Notes: generated by a model not told the origin, from the letters alone. A stretch of 64,000 nt of DNA from an uncultured Spirochaetota bacterium (GCA_963734545.1 CAVTHO010000007.1:416001-480000), one strand, 5' to 3'. Shown: positions 10,726 to 20,751, numbered from the stretch's first letter. Numbers and translations: made by a program.

Positions 10726-11116
10726 TACAAGCCCTTACGGTGTAGGGGATTACAGACCGGTGCATGAAAATCGGCGCGATCCGCGCGTCAGTGCAGGTGG
10801 CATGCAGATGCCACCCAGGGGCGCGGATATGCGCTGTTTTTCATTGCATGGTCATCGTGCATTGTCCGATGGCCCTGGCGCTTCAACCTGGTCACGCGGA
10901 CAGCTCTCCCCGGCGAAACTGGACTGAAAGAACGACCTTCTCCAATCCGAACACGTGTTAGACGATAATACTCGAGGCGGCATCCTCCTGCCGGGGGCAT
11001 CCTCGGCACGCCCCTGCATGCCAGGACATCCGGCTTCATATGCGCGCTTGTGCCGGGCGGGTTTGCATCGTAGAATGCCCGGGTTCACATCAATAATGCC
11101 ACGAGCGGAGGAACAA

Positions 11117-12364
11117 ATGTCGGAACTCAATCCCTTCAAGATTGCCCAGAGCCAGCTCGATACCGCGGCAGCCACCCTCGGCCTGGACGACGCTACTCAC
11201 CAGCTCCTGCGCTGGCCCCAGCGCGAGCTGCGCGTCACCATCCCCGTGCGCATGGACGACGGGAAGGTGCGCGTGTTCAATGGCTACAGGGTGCAGTACA
11301 ATTCGGCCCGGGGCCCTGCAAAGGGGGGACTGCGCTGGCACCCGGACGAGACGATCGACACGGTGCGCGCTCTGGCGGCATGGATGACGTGGAAGACCGC
11401 GGTGGTGGATCTGCCGCTGGGGGGCGGCAAGGGCGGGGTGACCTGCAATCCAAAGGAATTGTCGTCAACCGAGAAGGAGCGGCTGGCACGGGCATACATC
11501 AGGGCAATCGGCCAGTTCATCGGCGACCGCAAAGACGTGCCTGCCCCGGATGTCTACACCACGCCTGAGATCATGGGATGGATGCTGGATGAGTACGAGA
11601 TCCTGGTCGGCCAGCACCAGCCAGGGGTGATCACGGGCAAGCCGTTGCCGCTGGGCGGGTCTGCGGGGCGCGACGATGCCACTGCGCGCGGCGGCATCTA
11701 CGTGACCCGTGAGGCCGGACGCGCCCTCGAGCTCGAGCTTACCGACCAGACGATGGCGATACAGGGCTTCGGCAACGCGGGGCAGCACGCCGCTCTCCTG
11801 GGGACGGAGCTTCTGGGAATGAAGCTCGTCGCCTGCTCCGACACACTGGGCGGGATCTACAACCCCCGAGGGATCGACGCCAGGGCCGTGGTCGACCACA
11901 AGAACAGGACCGGAAGCCTGGAGGGGCTGCCCGGGGTCGACCGGATCACCAATGAGCAGCTCCTGGAGTTGAACGTGCGTGTCCTTTTCCCCGCGGCGCT
12001 GGAAAACACGATTACCGATGCCAATGCGGCGAAGGTCAAGGCAAGGATCGTCTGCGAGCTTGCCAACGGACCGACCACTCCGGAGGCGGACAAGATACTC
12101 TTCGATAATGGCGTCTTCGTGCTTCCGGATTTCCTTGCCAACGCGGGTGGGGTGACGGTGTCATACTTCGAGCAGGTGCAGAACGCGTACAATTTCTACT
12201 GGGAGCTGGGCCTCGTCCACGAAAGGCTCGACGAAAAAATGACGAGGGCCTTTCTCGGCGTATACGAGATGCAGAAGCGTCAAAAAGTGAACATGCGGGA
12301 AGCGGCCTACCTCGTGTCGGTGAGCCGTGTCGCCGAAGCATGCCGGATGCGGGGGTGGGTCTGA
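11117..12364 (+). CDS. gdhA: Glu/Leu/Phe/Val-family dehydrogenase, probably glutamate dehydrogenase
   Basis: [47 protein letters not shown]; GGAGG RBS before MSELNPF. Confidence 0.92.
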   Translation: MSELNPFKIAQSQLDTAAATLGLDDATHQLLRWPQRELRVTIPVRMDDGKVRVFNGYRVQYNSARGPAKGGLRWHPDETIDTVRALAAWMTWKTAVVDLPLGGGKGGVTCNPKELSSTEKERLARAYIRAIGQFIGDRKDVPAPDVYTTPEIMGWMLDEYEILVGQHQPGVITGKPLPLGGSAGRDDATARGGIYVTREAGRALELELTDQTMAIQGFGNAGQHAALLGTELLGMKLVACSDTLGGIYNPRGIDARAVVDHKNRTGSLEGLPGVDRITNEQLLELNVRVLFPAALENTITDANAAKVKARIVCELANGPTTPEADKILFDNGVFVLPDFLANAGGVTVSYFEQVQNAYNFYWELGLVHERLDEKMTRAFLGVYEMQKRQKVNMREAAYLVSVSRVAEACRMRGWV

Positions 12365-12415
12365 GGATCGATTTTGTAGGCCGGCAACAATATCCAAAAA
12401 AAACATAATCATGCA

Positions 12416-12444
12416 TTGACGTTTGCGGAAGAGTATGCTAACGT
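12416..12444 (+). promoter_or_regulatory. Putative sigma70 promoter (extended -10) of the redox operon
   Basis: TTGACG-N17-TAACGT with a TG at the extended -10 position and an upstream A-tract (12396-12403). Confidence 0.55.
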
Positions 12445-12511
12445 TGGCCCGCCGTTTCCGGCACGTTCTCACGCGAAGACTATAACGCCAGGAAAAACAG
12501 TGGAAGTCAGA

Positions 12512-12979
12512 ATGCACGAGACGATCGATGGGATCATCTCCCGTCATGGGACAGACCGCACCCGACTGGTCGAAATCCTTCACGACCTGCAGCATGAGTG
12601 CCGGTATCTGCCGGAGGACGCGCTGCGGACCGTTGCCAGGAAGCTCGCCATTCCACTCATAGAAGTCTACAAGGTCGCGACCTTCTACAAGGCGTTTACC
12701 CTCGAGCCGAGGGGCAGGCACCTGCTGACGCTCTGTACGGGCACCGCGTGCCACGTCAGAGGCTCACCCAAGCTGCTGGACGAGGTGCAGGGACTCTGCG
12801 GCATCGCTCCCGGGGAGACCACCCCTGACGGGAACCTCACCCTGGAAACCGTGAACTGCCTCGGTGCGTGCGCGCTGGGTCCTGTCGCTGTCCTGGACGA
12901 GACCTACCATCACCACATGAGCTGGGCCAGGCTGAAGACCCTTCTCGGCACGATCATCCACGGAAGGGCTCAAGCATGA
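12512..12979 (+). CDS. NuoE/HydC(BfuC)-like [2Fe-2S] subunit
   Basis: VATFYKAF, CTGTACHVRG, CLGACALGP. Confidence 0.9.
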   Translation: MHETIDGIISRHGTDRTRLVEILHDLQHECRYLPEDALRTVARKLAIPLIEVYKVATFYKAFTLEPRGRHLLTLCTGTACHVRGSPKLLDEVQGLCGIAPGETTPDGNLTLETVNCLGACALGPVAVLDETYHHHMSWARLKTLLGTIIHGRAQA

Positions 12980-14837
12980 AGAGCATGCCGGCGCTCGAGT
13001 CGTTTGCAGATCTGAGACACCTCGCTGAGAAATGCCTCAAAAAGGATAGAAAATACGCGCGAACAGCGATCGTGTGCGGCGGCACGGGGTGCAGCGCGTG
13101 CGGCTGCCGCGCAATCAGGGAGAACCTGGACAAGGAAGTAGCGAAGCAGGGCCTCGGCAAGAGGGTCAAGGTGAAGTCCACAGGATGCCATGGCTTCTGC
13201 GAGCAGGGCCCGCTCGTCATCATCGAGCCCGAGGGTTTCTTTTACTGCAAGCTGGCACCGGAGGATGTTTCTGAGATCGTCACGGAGACCCTTGGAGCAG
13301 GCAAGGTCGTGGAGCGGCTCCTGTACGCGGACCCCCGCTCAGGGCAGAGGGTGGCACGGGAGGCTGACATCCCGTTCTACAAGGCGCAGGATCGCGTTCT
13401 CCTGGACCGCAATCGGCTCATCGATCCGCGGGACATCCGGGAAGCTGTCGCGCAGGGCGGCTATGCGGCCTTCCTCAAAGCGCTCACCGGCATGACGCCC
13501 GAAGGCGTCATCGCCGAAATCGCCGCGGCGGGATTGCGCGGGCGGGGGGAGCCGGCTTTCCCACGGCAAAGAAATGGGAATCCTGCAGGCGCGCCCATGG
13601 CCGGCCGAAGTACGTTGTCTGCAACGCGGACGAGGGCGACCCGGGCGCATTCATGGATCGCAGTCTCCTGGAGGGCAACCCCCACGCCGTGATCGAAGGC
13701 ATGCTCATCGGCGCCTACGCAATCGGCGCTGAGCACGGGTTTATCTATGTACGCAAGGAATACCCCCTGGCCGTCGAGAATACGAAAATCGCAATCAGGC
13801 AGGCCGAGGAGCTGGGTCTCCTGGGCGCCAACATCCTGGGGACGAAGTTCTCATTCGACGTCAAGGTGGCGCGGGGCGGAGGAGCCTTCGTGTGCGGGGA
13901 ATCCACTGCCCTCATGGCGTCCCTGGAGGGACGGGTCGGAGAGCCCCGGCCCAAGGACATCCACACGACCGAGCGAGGCTTCCTGAACCTGCCGACCAAT
14001 CTCAACAACGTCGAGACCTGGGCGAATGTGCCCCTGATCATCGCCCGGGGAGCATCGTGGTTTGCGGCCAAGGGCACCGCGCACAGCAAGGGAACCAAGA
14101 TCTTCGCCCTGACAGGCGCGGTCCGTAATACGGGCCTCGTCGAGGTCCCCATGGGGACAACGCTCCTGCATATCCTCCACGACATCGGCGGCGGCTCGGC
14201 AAATGGAAAGCCCATCAAGGCCATTCAGATAGGCGGTCCCTCAGGCGGGTGCCTGCCCGAAGGCATGTTCTACCTCCCGGTGGACTTCGAGGAGCTGACC
14301 CGCAGCGGCGCCATGGTCGGATCCGGCGGGCTCGTGGTCATGGACGAAGGCACGTGCATGGTGGACGTGGCCCGCTACTTTCTCAACTTCCTGCTCGATG
14401 AATCCTGCGGGACGTGCGTGCCCTGCCGGGTAGGCGTCCGCAGGCTGCACGAGCTGGTCTGTGACATCGCAGAGGGTCGGGCAACAGACGCCACGCTCGC
14501 GCTGATAGAGGAGACCGCGGAGACCGTCGCCACGGCATCCATCTGCGGTCTTGGCAAGACCGCGCCGAATCCGCTCCTTACCGCGCTTCGCTACTTCCGG
14601 GAGGAGTACCTTGCCCACGTGCGCGAGAAGCGATGCCCGGCGGGCGTCTGCAAGGCGTTGATCAGATTTGAGATCGATCAGACCGCGTGCAATGGCTGCG
14701 GTGCCTGCGCCAAGGCCTGCCCGCACCGCGCCATCAGTCAACCCGGCCCAAAGGAGTACCGGATCGAGACGGAACAGTGCCGAAAATGCGGGATCTGCAA
14801 AGACGCGTGCAGGCACGCTGCGGTCCGGGTAGCGTGA
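12976..14837 (+). CDS. NuoF/HydB(BfuB)-like FMN/NADH subunit with N-terminal [2Fe-2S] and C-terminal 2x[4Fe-4S]; apparent frameshift in G-run 13544-13549
   Basis: CGGTGC...CHGFC; GLRGRG(G)AGF; CNADEGDPGAFMDR; GGPSGGC; ESCGTCVPC; HVREKRCPAGVC; CNGCGACAKACP and CRKCGICKDAC. Confidence 0.88.
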
Positions 14838-14847
14838 GGGAGGACCC

Positions 14848-15546
14848 ATGGCAGAGCAGGTGACGCTGCGGATCGATGGCTCGCAGGTGCGGGCCCCCCA
14901 GGGTACGTCGGTGCTGGAAGCAGCCCTGGAATACGGGATCTGCATCCCTCACCTCTGCCACATGAAGGGAGTAACGCCGTCGGGAGTCTGCCGGCTGTGC
15001 ATCGTGGAGGTCGAGCGGCACGGGACCTCGCGGGTGACCTCCTCCTGCACGCTGGAAGCCGAGGAGGGGATGATCGTTCACGCGCACACGGAGCGCATCA
15101 TCCGCATCCGCAGGAACCTTGCCGAGCTTCTCGTTGCCGAGGCTCCCAACTCGCGGGCCATCCAGGACGTTGCAGCCCGGTGCGGCGTGAACGTCGTCCG
15201 TTATCCCTTCCGACATGAGAGCTGCGTCCTCTGCGGCAGGTGCGTGAGAGTCTGCAAAGAGGTCTGGCAGGCCGCAGCGCTGGGCACCGTGGGCCGTGGA
15301 GAACGGCTGCGGGTATCTCTTCCTTTTGGAAAGCGTCCGGATACGTGCAAGCGCTGCAACGCGTGCTTTACCGTCTGCCCTATGACCATTACTCCCTGCG
15401 ACGGGCCCATGCGCCCGGGCGAGGAGTACCTCTGCAACAAGTGCGCCTCCCAGCTCAGCATGAGCGCGGAATCTCCGGACAGCTGCGTCCGCTGCCGACT
15501 GGGCAAGGGCTTCGACTGCATCCGGCGGGTGCCGATCAACTACTAG
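14848..15546 (+). CDS. NuoG/HydA(BfuA)-like Fe-S subunit with no catalytic domain
   Basis: IPHLC..GVCRLC..SSC [2Fe-2S]; CVLCGRCVRVC and CKRCNACFTVCP; extra Cys-rich tail; only 232 aa, with no H-cluster or molybdopterin domain. Confidence 0.85.
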   Translation: MAEQVTLRIDGSQVRAPQGTSVLEAALEYGICIPHLCHMKGVTPSGVCRLCIVEVERHGTSRVTSSCTLEAEEGMIVHAHTERIIRIRRNLAELLVAEAPNSRAIQDVAARCGVNVVRYPFRHESCVLCGRCVRVCKEVWQAAALGTVGRGERLRVSLPFGKRPDTCKRCNACFTVCPMTITPCDGPMRPGEEYLCNKCASQLSMSAESPDSCVRCRLGKGFDCIRRVPINY

Positions 15547-15565
15547 CGCCAAAGGAGAAAAGACG

Positions 15566-17155
15566 ATGAACCTGCAAAGACCCAATGCCAACGACGTGAC
15601 ACAGACAGCCAACCGGTCCGAAAGCGTCGTGCCGGGCAGCGGGCTGTGCACCCGTTGTATTGACGGGTGCCGAGGCAACTGCGAGGTATTCCGTGCGTCG
15701 TTCCGCGGCCGCGAGGTGATCTACCCGGGTCCCTTTGGCGAGATAAGCGCAGGAGGGGACAAGAACTATCCCGTCGATTACTCCCACCTCAATATCCAGG
15801 GCTATGCGATGGGCGCCGCGGGTCTGCCCGATGGTGTGGAGCCGGGCCCGGATACTGCAATCTTCCCCGCCGTGGACACGCGGACAGAGTACGGATGGAG
15901 CTCCAAGGTGCCGATGCGGCTGCCGGTCTTCACCGGCGCGCTCGGGTCCACCGAGATTGCCCGCAGGAACTGGGAGCACTTTGCCATCGGCGCCGCCATC
16001 TCGGGCATCACCCTGGTGTGCGGAGAGAACGTGTGCGGCATCGACCCCGGCCTCGAGCTGAATGCAAATGGAAAGATCTCCAAATCGCCTGACATGGACC
16101 GCCGCATAGAAACCTACAAGAGGTTCCACGAAGGCTTTGGCGAGATCCTCGTGCAGATGAACGTGGAGGACACGCGGCTGGGCGTCGCGGAGTATGTCCG
16201 CGCAAAGCACGACCTGAAAACCATCGAGCTGAAGTGGGGTCAGGGGGCCAAATGCATCGGCGGTGAGATCAAGGTGAAAAGCCTCGAACGCGCGCGGGAG
16301 CTGAAGTCCCGCGGATATATCGTCACGCCGGACCCGACCCTCGAGCCCGTGGAAAAGGCATTCCGCGACGGCGCGATCAAGGAGTTCGAGCGGCACTCGC
16401 GCCTGGGGTTCGTGAGCGAGGAGGGCTTCTTCAAGGAGATCGAGCGGCTGCGCGGCCTCGGCTTCGCGCGCATCACCCTGAAAACCGGCGCGTACTCCAT
16501 GCGCGAGCTCGCCATGGCGCTGCGATACGCCTCCGAGGCCGGGATCGACCTGCTCACGATCGACGGCGCGCCCGGCGGAACCGGAATGAGCCCATGGAGA
16601 ATGATGGAGGAGTGGGGTGTCCCCACGTTCTACCTGCAGTCCCTCGCCTGGGAGTTCTGTGAAAAGCTGATGGCGCGCGGCCTTCGCGTTCCCGACATCG
16701 CCATCGCCGGAGGATTCTCCACGGAGGACCACATCTTCAAGGTGCTCGCCATGGGCGCCCCCTATGTGAAGGCGGTCTGCATGGGCCGGGCCATGATGAT
16801 CCCCGGAATGGTGGGCAAGAACATCTCCTATTGGCTCCAGGGCAATGACCTGCCCTCCACCGTGTCCCGTTTCGGCAGCTCACCGCAGGAGATCTTCGTC
16901 TGCTACGACGAGCTCGCGGAAAAGTACGGGGCCCGCATGAAAGAGATCCCTTTTGGCGCTATCGGAATCTACAGCTTTGCCCAGAAGCTTAAGGTAGGCC
17001 TCCAGCAGCTCATGGCAGGCACGCGGAACTTCCGACTCTCCACGATCAGCAGACGGGATCTCATGTGCCTGACCGAGGAGGCGGCGAAAATCTCCGGGCT
17101 GCCCTATATCATGGAAGCCTATCGCGCGGAGGCGGAGCAGATTCTCGCTCGCTGA
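15566..17155 (+). CDS. FMN-binding glutamate synthase family protein (stand-alone synthase domain)
   Basis: IELKWGQGAK.IGGE, IDGAPGGTGMSP, AGGF...K.LAMGA...MGR; N-terminal CTRCIDGCRGNC; no amidotransferase domain. Confidence 0.85.
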   Translation: MNLQRPNANDVTQTANRSESVVPGSGLCTRCIDGCRGNCEVFRASFRGREVIYPGPFGEISAGGDKNYPVDYSHLNIQGYAMGAAGLPDGVEPGPDTAIFPAVDTRTEYGWSSKVPMRLPVFTGALGSTEIARRNWEHFAIGAAISGITLVCGENVCGIDPGLELNANGKISKSPDMDRRIETYKRFHEGFGEILVQMNVEDTRLGVAEYVRAKHDLKTIELKWGQGAKCIGGEIKVKSLERARELKSRGYIVTPDPTLEPVEKAFRDGAIKEFERHSRLGFVSEEGFFKEIERLRGLGFARITLKTGAYSMRELAMALRYASEAGIDLLTIDGAPGGTGMSPWRMMEEWGVPTFYLQSLAWEFCEKLMARGLRVPDIAIAGGFSTEDHIFKVLAMGAPYVKAVCMGRAMMIPGMVGKNISYWLQGNDLPSTVSRFGSSPQEIFVCYDELAEKYGARMKEIPFGAIGIYSFAQKLKVGLQQLMAGTRNFRLSTISRRDLMCLTEEAAKISGLPYIMEAYRAEAEQILAR

Positions 17156-18006
17156 GCGGCATCGTCCGCCGATTCGTCCAACCCGGCTTTTCGCGCAAAT
17201 GTCAGCGCAAGCATGCCGAAAAGCAGCCTCTTCTGACGCACCCGGCGAAAACCGATTCGTGTCATCATCCGGGGCAGCTCGACGAAGTCCGGATAGTAGG
17301 AAAGGCTCTTCGAGATGTAGCTGTAGACCTCAGGGTTCCCATGGAACAGCCACCCCCAGAAGCCGCCCCAGAAGCCCAGCAGCCTGAGCTGGATATTTCG
17401 CAGGCGGGGAACATGTGAGGCGGAGAAATCGAGAAATGCCGCCGTGCCGCCCGGTTTCAGCACTCGATAGATCTCCTGAAAGGTAGTGGCGAGATGGGGT
17501 GAGTTTCGCAGCGCATACCCGCCGGTAACGATATCGTAGGACGCATCGTCAAAGGGAAGCTCGTTCATGTCCGCCTGATGAAACCTGATGTTCGCAAGAT
17601 CCGTCCGCAACCGTGCGCGGCGAAGCATCTCGGGGTTCAAATCTACTGCATCGATTCTGCCGTATGGATACTGGTGTGCAAGAAGCCGGCTGATGTCTCC
17701 GGTGCCGCAGGCCAGATCGAGGCAGGCGAATAATTGTGGCGTCGAAGCTGCGTCACGCGCGGAGTCTCTCGGAAGCCTTGCCAGCATGATCTTTTTCCAG
17801 CGCCCGTCCCGTCCAAAGGAGAGTAGACGCGTGATGACATCATACCGGACAGCAACGACAGAGAAGACTTTTCGTGTGTAGTCCAGCTTACTGCGCGGCG
17901 CCGAAAGGTCGAAATCCTTCAGGCGATATCGGAATCGGGAACGAAGGTCATCCTGCGCTGTGCCATGGACGATGTGCCTGCCGTCAGACGTCTGCTTCGC
18001 GCGCAT
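17119..18006 (-). CDS. UbiE/MenG-like SAM-dependent methyltransferase
   Basis: VFSVVAVRYDVITRLLSFG...WK, LDLACGTGD, LPFDDASYD, ALRN, EIYRVLKPGG, YSYISKS. Confidence 0.85.
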   Translation of the reverse strand: MRAKQTSDGRHIVHGTAQDDLRSRFRYRLKDFDLSAPRSKLDYTRKVFSVVAVRYDVITRLLSFGRDGRWKKIMLARLPRDSARDAASTPQLFACLDLACGTGDISRLLAHQYPYGRIDAVDLNPEMLRRARLRTDLANIRFHQADMNELPFDDASYDIVTGGYALRNSPHLATTFQEIYRVLKPGGTAAFLDFSASHVPRLRNIQLRLLGFWGGFWGWLFHGNPEVYSYISKSLSYYPDFVELPRMMTRIGFRRVRQKRLLFGMLALTFARKAGLDESADDAAQRARICSASAR

Positions 18007-18051
18007 GGCGGATTGCCTTTCTCATCCTGATAACCTAACTTCTGCAGTAGA

Positions 18052-19227
18052 ATGTCGTCAACAACTCTCGCCCCGGTCGTGGCGCCGGCACACACAACAG
18101 CGGCTGCAATTTACGGGATTTCCACAAGCGTCCCCACGACATCCTATACACAGCAGTTCGCCGTAGATTTTCTGCAGAAGCTTTCGGTCTTCTCCGATAA
18201 GCAGCGTCGGTTTCTTCGGCGTCTCTACCAGAACACGGCAATCGACAAGAGGCATACAGTCATCGACGATTACGGGAAAGATCCCTCCACGCACACCTTC
18301 TACCCGAAGAACGATCAGCTGCTGCCTGAGCCGGGGTTGGAGGCTCGCAACGACGTGTTCATTCGCGAATCCAATCGCCTGTCAGAACAGGCGGCACGAT
18401 CGCTTCTTTCATCACTGCCGCTGTTCGACCCGCACAAAATCACTCACCTCATTACGGTCACGTGCACCGGCTTTTCGGCTCCCGGATTCGACTATCACCT
18501 CGTGAATGCGCTGGGGCTTCGACAGGACATCAAGCGCTCCCACATCGGCTTCATGGGGTGCTATGCGGGGTTTCCCGCCATGAGGCTCGCCCGCGATATC
18601 TGTGTCGCGAACCCCGGTGCTCACGTGCTGATAGCAGCCGTGGAGCTGTGTTCCCTGCATTTCCAGCAAAAGACGGATCTTGATTTCATGATTGCCAATG
18701 CGCTTTTCGCAGACGGCGCCGCGGCTGTTCTTGTCGGGCCGGCCTCGGATGCCGAGCGGGGACAAAGCGAGGGCGGGTACTTCAGACAGGGCGCGCAGTT
18801 GGTGCTCAACGGCTTCGCGTCGCGGATTATTCCTGAAAGCGAACAGGACATGGCCTGGAAAATCGGCGAACACGCCTTTGACATGCGCGTGTCTGCCTAT
18901 GTCCCTCGACTCATCGAACAGAATATTCGATCGATAGTTGACGGCCTCCTCGGCGCCACGGATGCGACATTCGGCGATATCGACATTTGGGCCATACATC
19001 CGGGCGGCCGCGCAATTCTCGACCGAAGCGCGGCTGCGTTGGGCATCCCCGCGTCTGCGCTGATTCATTCGTACGAAGTCTTGCGCGAGTACGGGAACAT
19101 GAGCTCGGCAACCATTTTTTTTGTTCTCCAGCGAATTCTGAAAAGCAGCGAGCCCGGTACCGTTTTCGCCACCGCATTCGGTCCCGGGCTTACCGTAGAA
19201 TCAGGGCTCTTTCGAAAGCTCCCGTGA
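18052..19227 (+). CDS. Type III polyketide synthase (chalcone/stilbene synthase-like)
   Basis: Cys-His-Asn triad in GFMGCYAG, WAIHPGG and YGNMSS; ELCSLH, LFADGAAA, FGPGLTVE. Confidence 0.93.
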   Translation: MSSTTLAPVVAPAHTTAAAIYGISTSVPTTSYTQQFAVDFLQKLSVFSDKQRRFLRRLYQNTAIDKRHTVIDDYGKDPSTHTFYPKNDQLLPEPGLEARNDVFIRESNRLSEQAARSLLSSLPLFDPHKITHLITVTCTGFSAPGFDYHLVNALGLRQDIKRSHIGFMGCYAGFPAMRLARDICVANPGAHVLIAAVELCSLHFQQKTDLDFMIANALFADGAAAVLVGPASDAERGQSEGGYFRQGAQLVLNGFASRIIPESEQDMAWKIGEHAFDMRVSAYVPRLIEQNIRSIVDGLLGATDATFGDIDIWAIHPGGRAILDRSAAALGIPASALIHSYEVLREYGNMSSATIFFVLQRILKSSEPGTVFATAFGPGLTVESGLFRKLP

Positions 19228-20012
19228 CGCGCCCGCCGTTTCCATTCGTGCGCGGGAGAAGCAGGCTGCCTGAGCTGATGGACGGCCCGGACAGCGACCG
19301 TTGCCGCCTCCTTGCTACGCTGGCGCAGTTTCGACTGACGAACCGTTTGTTCTCCCGATATCGAACGTTCCTTACCCGGTATGTCATGCGCGACATGGAA
19401 TCGCTGCTGCGAGAGGGACCCGGACTTTCCAACAGGGAGCACAGCAGTTCGGGCCGGTCGTTCACGGTGCTCGAAATCGGCGCGGGCGGCTGCGATGTGG
19501 CGATCTGGCTGGCAGGAGCCTGCCGGAAGCGCGGAATCCAGGCGCACATAACCTGCATAGACAACGATGCGAGAATCGTGAGCTATGCGAGGCACCGAAT
19601 CCTGGCCTCCGGCGTTTCCGACAGGATCGAGATCCTGCAGCTTTCAGCGTTCGATGTCGACCAGCTCCCGGATTACGACTACGTGATCTGCCGGAACACC
19701 CTGCATCATTTTACTGAAGACCAGGCCTGCACGCTGCTTCGGCTGATGAGCAAGAAGGCGGCTCGATTGTTCTTTGCCAGCGATCTTGCACGATCGCGAG
19801 CCGCATGGATCGCATTCTGGGCCTTTTCCTCGATATTTCTTCACGGCAGCTTCGCGCGCTACGACGGACTGCTCTCCCTCGCGCGCGCCTTTGTCCGGAC
19901 CGAGCTTCACGCGCTGATACCCGCTGCAGGCACTCGATACCAGCCGCGTGTCCGCCGTTTCTTCCCTGCTTTGCTTTGTGTTGTCGGAGCAGGCACGGCG
20001 GGGGGAAGTTGA
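19224..20012 (+). CDS. SAM-dependent methyltransferase coupled to the type III PKS
   Basis: GTG overlaps the PKS stop; R...PELMD, VLEIGAGGCD, TLHHF, DLAR, RYDGLLSLARAF. Confidence 0.82.
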   Translation: MTRPPFPFVRGRSRLPELMDGPDSDRCRLLATLAQFRLTNRLFSRYRTFLTRYVMRDMESLLREGPGLSNREHSSSGRSFTVLEIGAGGCDVAIWLAGACRKRGIQAHITCIDNDARIVSYARHRILASGVSDRIEILQLSAFDVDQLPDYDYVICRNTLHHFTEDQACTLLRLMSKKAARLFFASDLARSRAAWIAFWAFSSIFLHGSFARYDGLLSLARAFVRTELHALIPAAGTRYQPRVRRFFPALLCVVGAGTAGGS

Positions 20013-20114
20013 CGGACCGCACATCGCGGGGCCGTTTTCAGCAGGGTGAACGAGACCGCGCTGTACGCCATTCCCGCGCGTGCGGGGCAGAACAATCAGG
20101 GAAATGCTCTCATT

Positions 20115-20187
20115 TAGCGGCGAGGGGACTCGAACCCTTGACACTGCGGATATGAGCCGCATGCTCTACCATCTGAGCTACGCCGCC
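20115..20187 (-). tRNA. tRNA-Met(CAU), probably elongator
   Basis: GGCGGCGTAGCTCAG...GCGG CT CAT AT CCGC...GGTTCGAGTCCCCTCGCCGCTA; no initiator marks; Ile2 identity not formally excluded. Confidence 0.92.
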
Positions 20188-20206
20188 ATGATATTCTTGC
20201 GCCGGG

Positions 20207-20235
20207 ACTATAGCGGCGGGTGGTGTATTTGTCAA
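20207..20235 (-). promoter_or_regulatory. sigma70 promoter of tRNA-Met
   Basis: TTGACA-N17-TATAGT on the minus strand. Confidence 0.7.
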
Positions 20236-20358
20236 TCGTTGCAGCCGCGATACCTCACTTGACCCCGCTCCGGCCTGAAAGTAAGATGCTCGAAATGGCG
20301 TCGCCTCCCGATTCGACGAATCGCAGTCCCGCGGACGCTCTTGCCCGAAGGGACCGCC

Positions 20359-20751
20359 GTGGAGCATAAGTGCGGACTCACGGTCCGGTCATACGAGTGC
20401 GATGGATACGGTCACGTCAACAATGCCAATTACCTTCATTACCTCGAGTTTGCGCGGCATGAATATCTGCGCGACAACGGCATATCCCTCTCGGAGCTGC
20501 GCGAATCCGGCTACGGGCTCGTCGTTGCCCGCATTGCCATCGATTTCCGACGGCCGTCAACGACTGACGACTCTCTCCTCATCCTGACCCATCCATTGCG
20601 CAAGACCAGGATCGGGGGAGTTCTTGCCCAGCGAATCATGCGTGAAGCGGAGACCGTTGCCGAGGCGGAGGTGACCTGGGTCTGTGTCGATGCGCGCGGC
20701 AAGCTCGCGCGGCTTCCCGCGGCGTTCGACCGCGAGGGCCTGTCACCGTGA
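20359..20751 (+). CDS. YbgC/4HBT-family acyl-CoA thioesterase
   Basis: VRSYECDGYGHVNNANYLHYLEFAR hotdog motif; start could be 20341. Confidence 0.88.
   Translation: MEHKCGLTVRSYECDGYGHVNNANYLHYLEFARHEYLRDNGISLSELRESGYGLVVARIAIDFRRPSTTDDSLLILTHPLRKTRIGGVLAQRIMREAETVAEAEVTWVCVDARGKLARLPAAFDREGLSP

Noticed and set aside
10797-11020. sigma54 promoter or NtrC site upstream of gdh
   Set aside because: Both GGCA..TGC candidates have GG-N9-GC spacing rather than N10. The TGCAT-N7-GTGCA at 10845-10861 is too weak on its own.
13540-13552. Programmed frameshift in the nuoF-like gene
   Set aside because: It is one missing G in a homopolymer within the conserved GRGGAGF motif, and similar indels occur across the window.
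12512-15546. Respiratory complex I or [FeFe]-hydrogenase
   Set aside because: No membrane nuo genes are present, and the A subunit has no H-cluster motifs.
10726-20114. Intact integrative element or prophage
   Set aside because: No integrase, transposase, phage gene or att direct repeat is visible.
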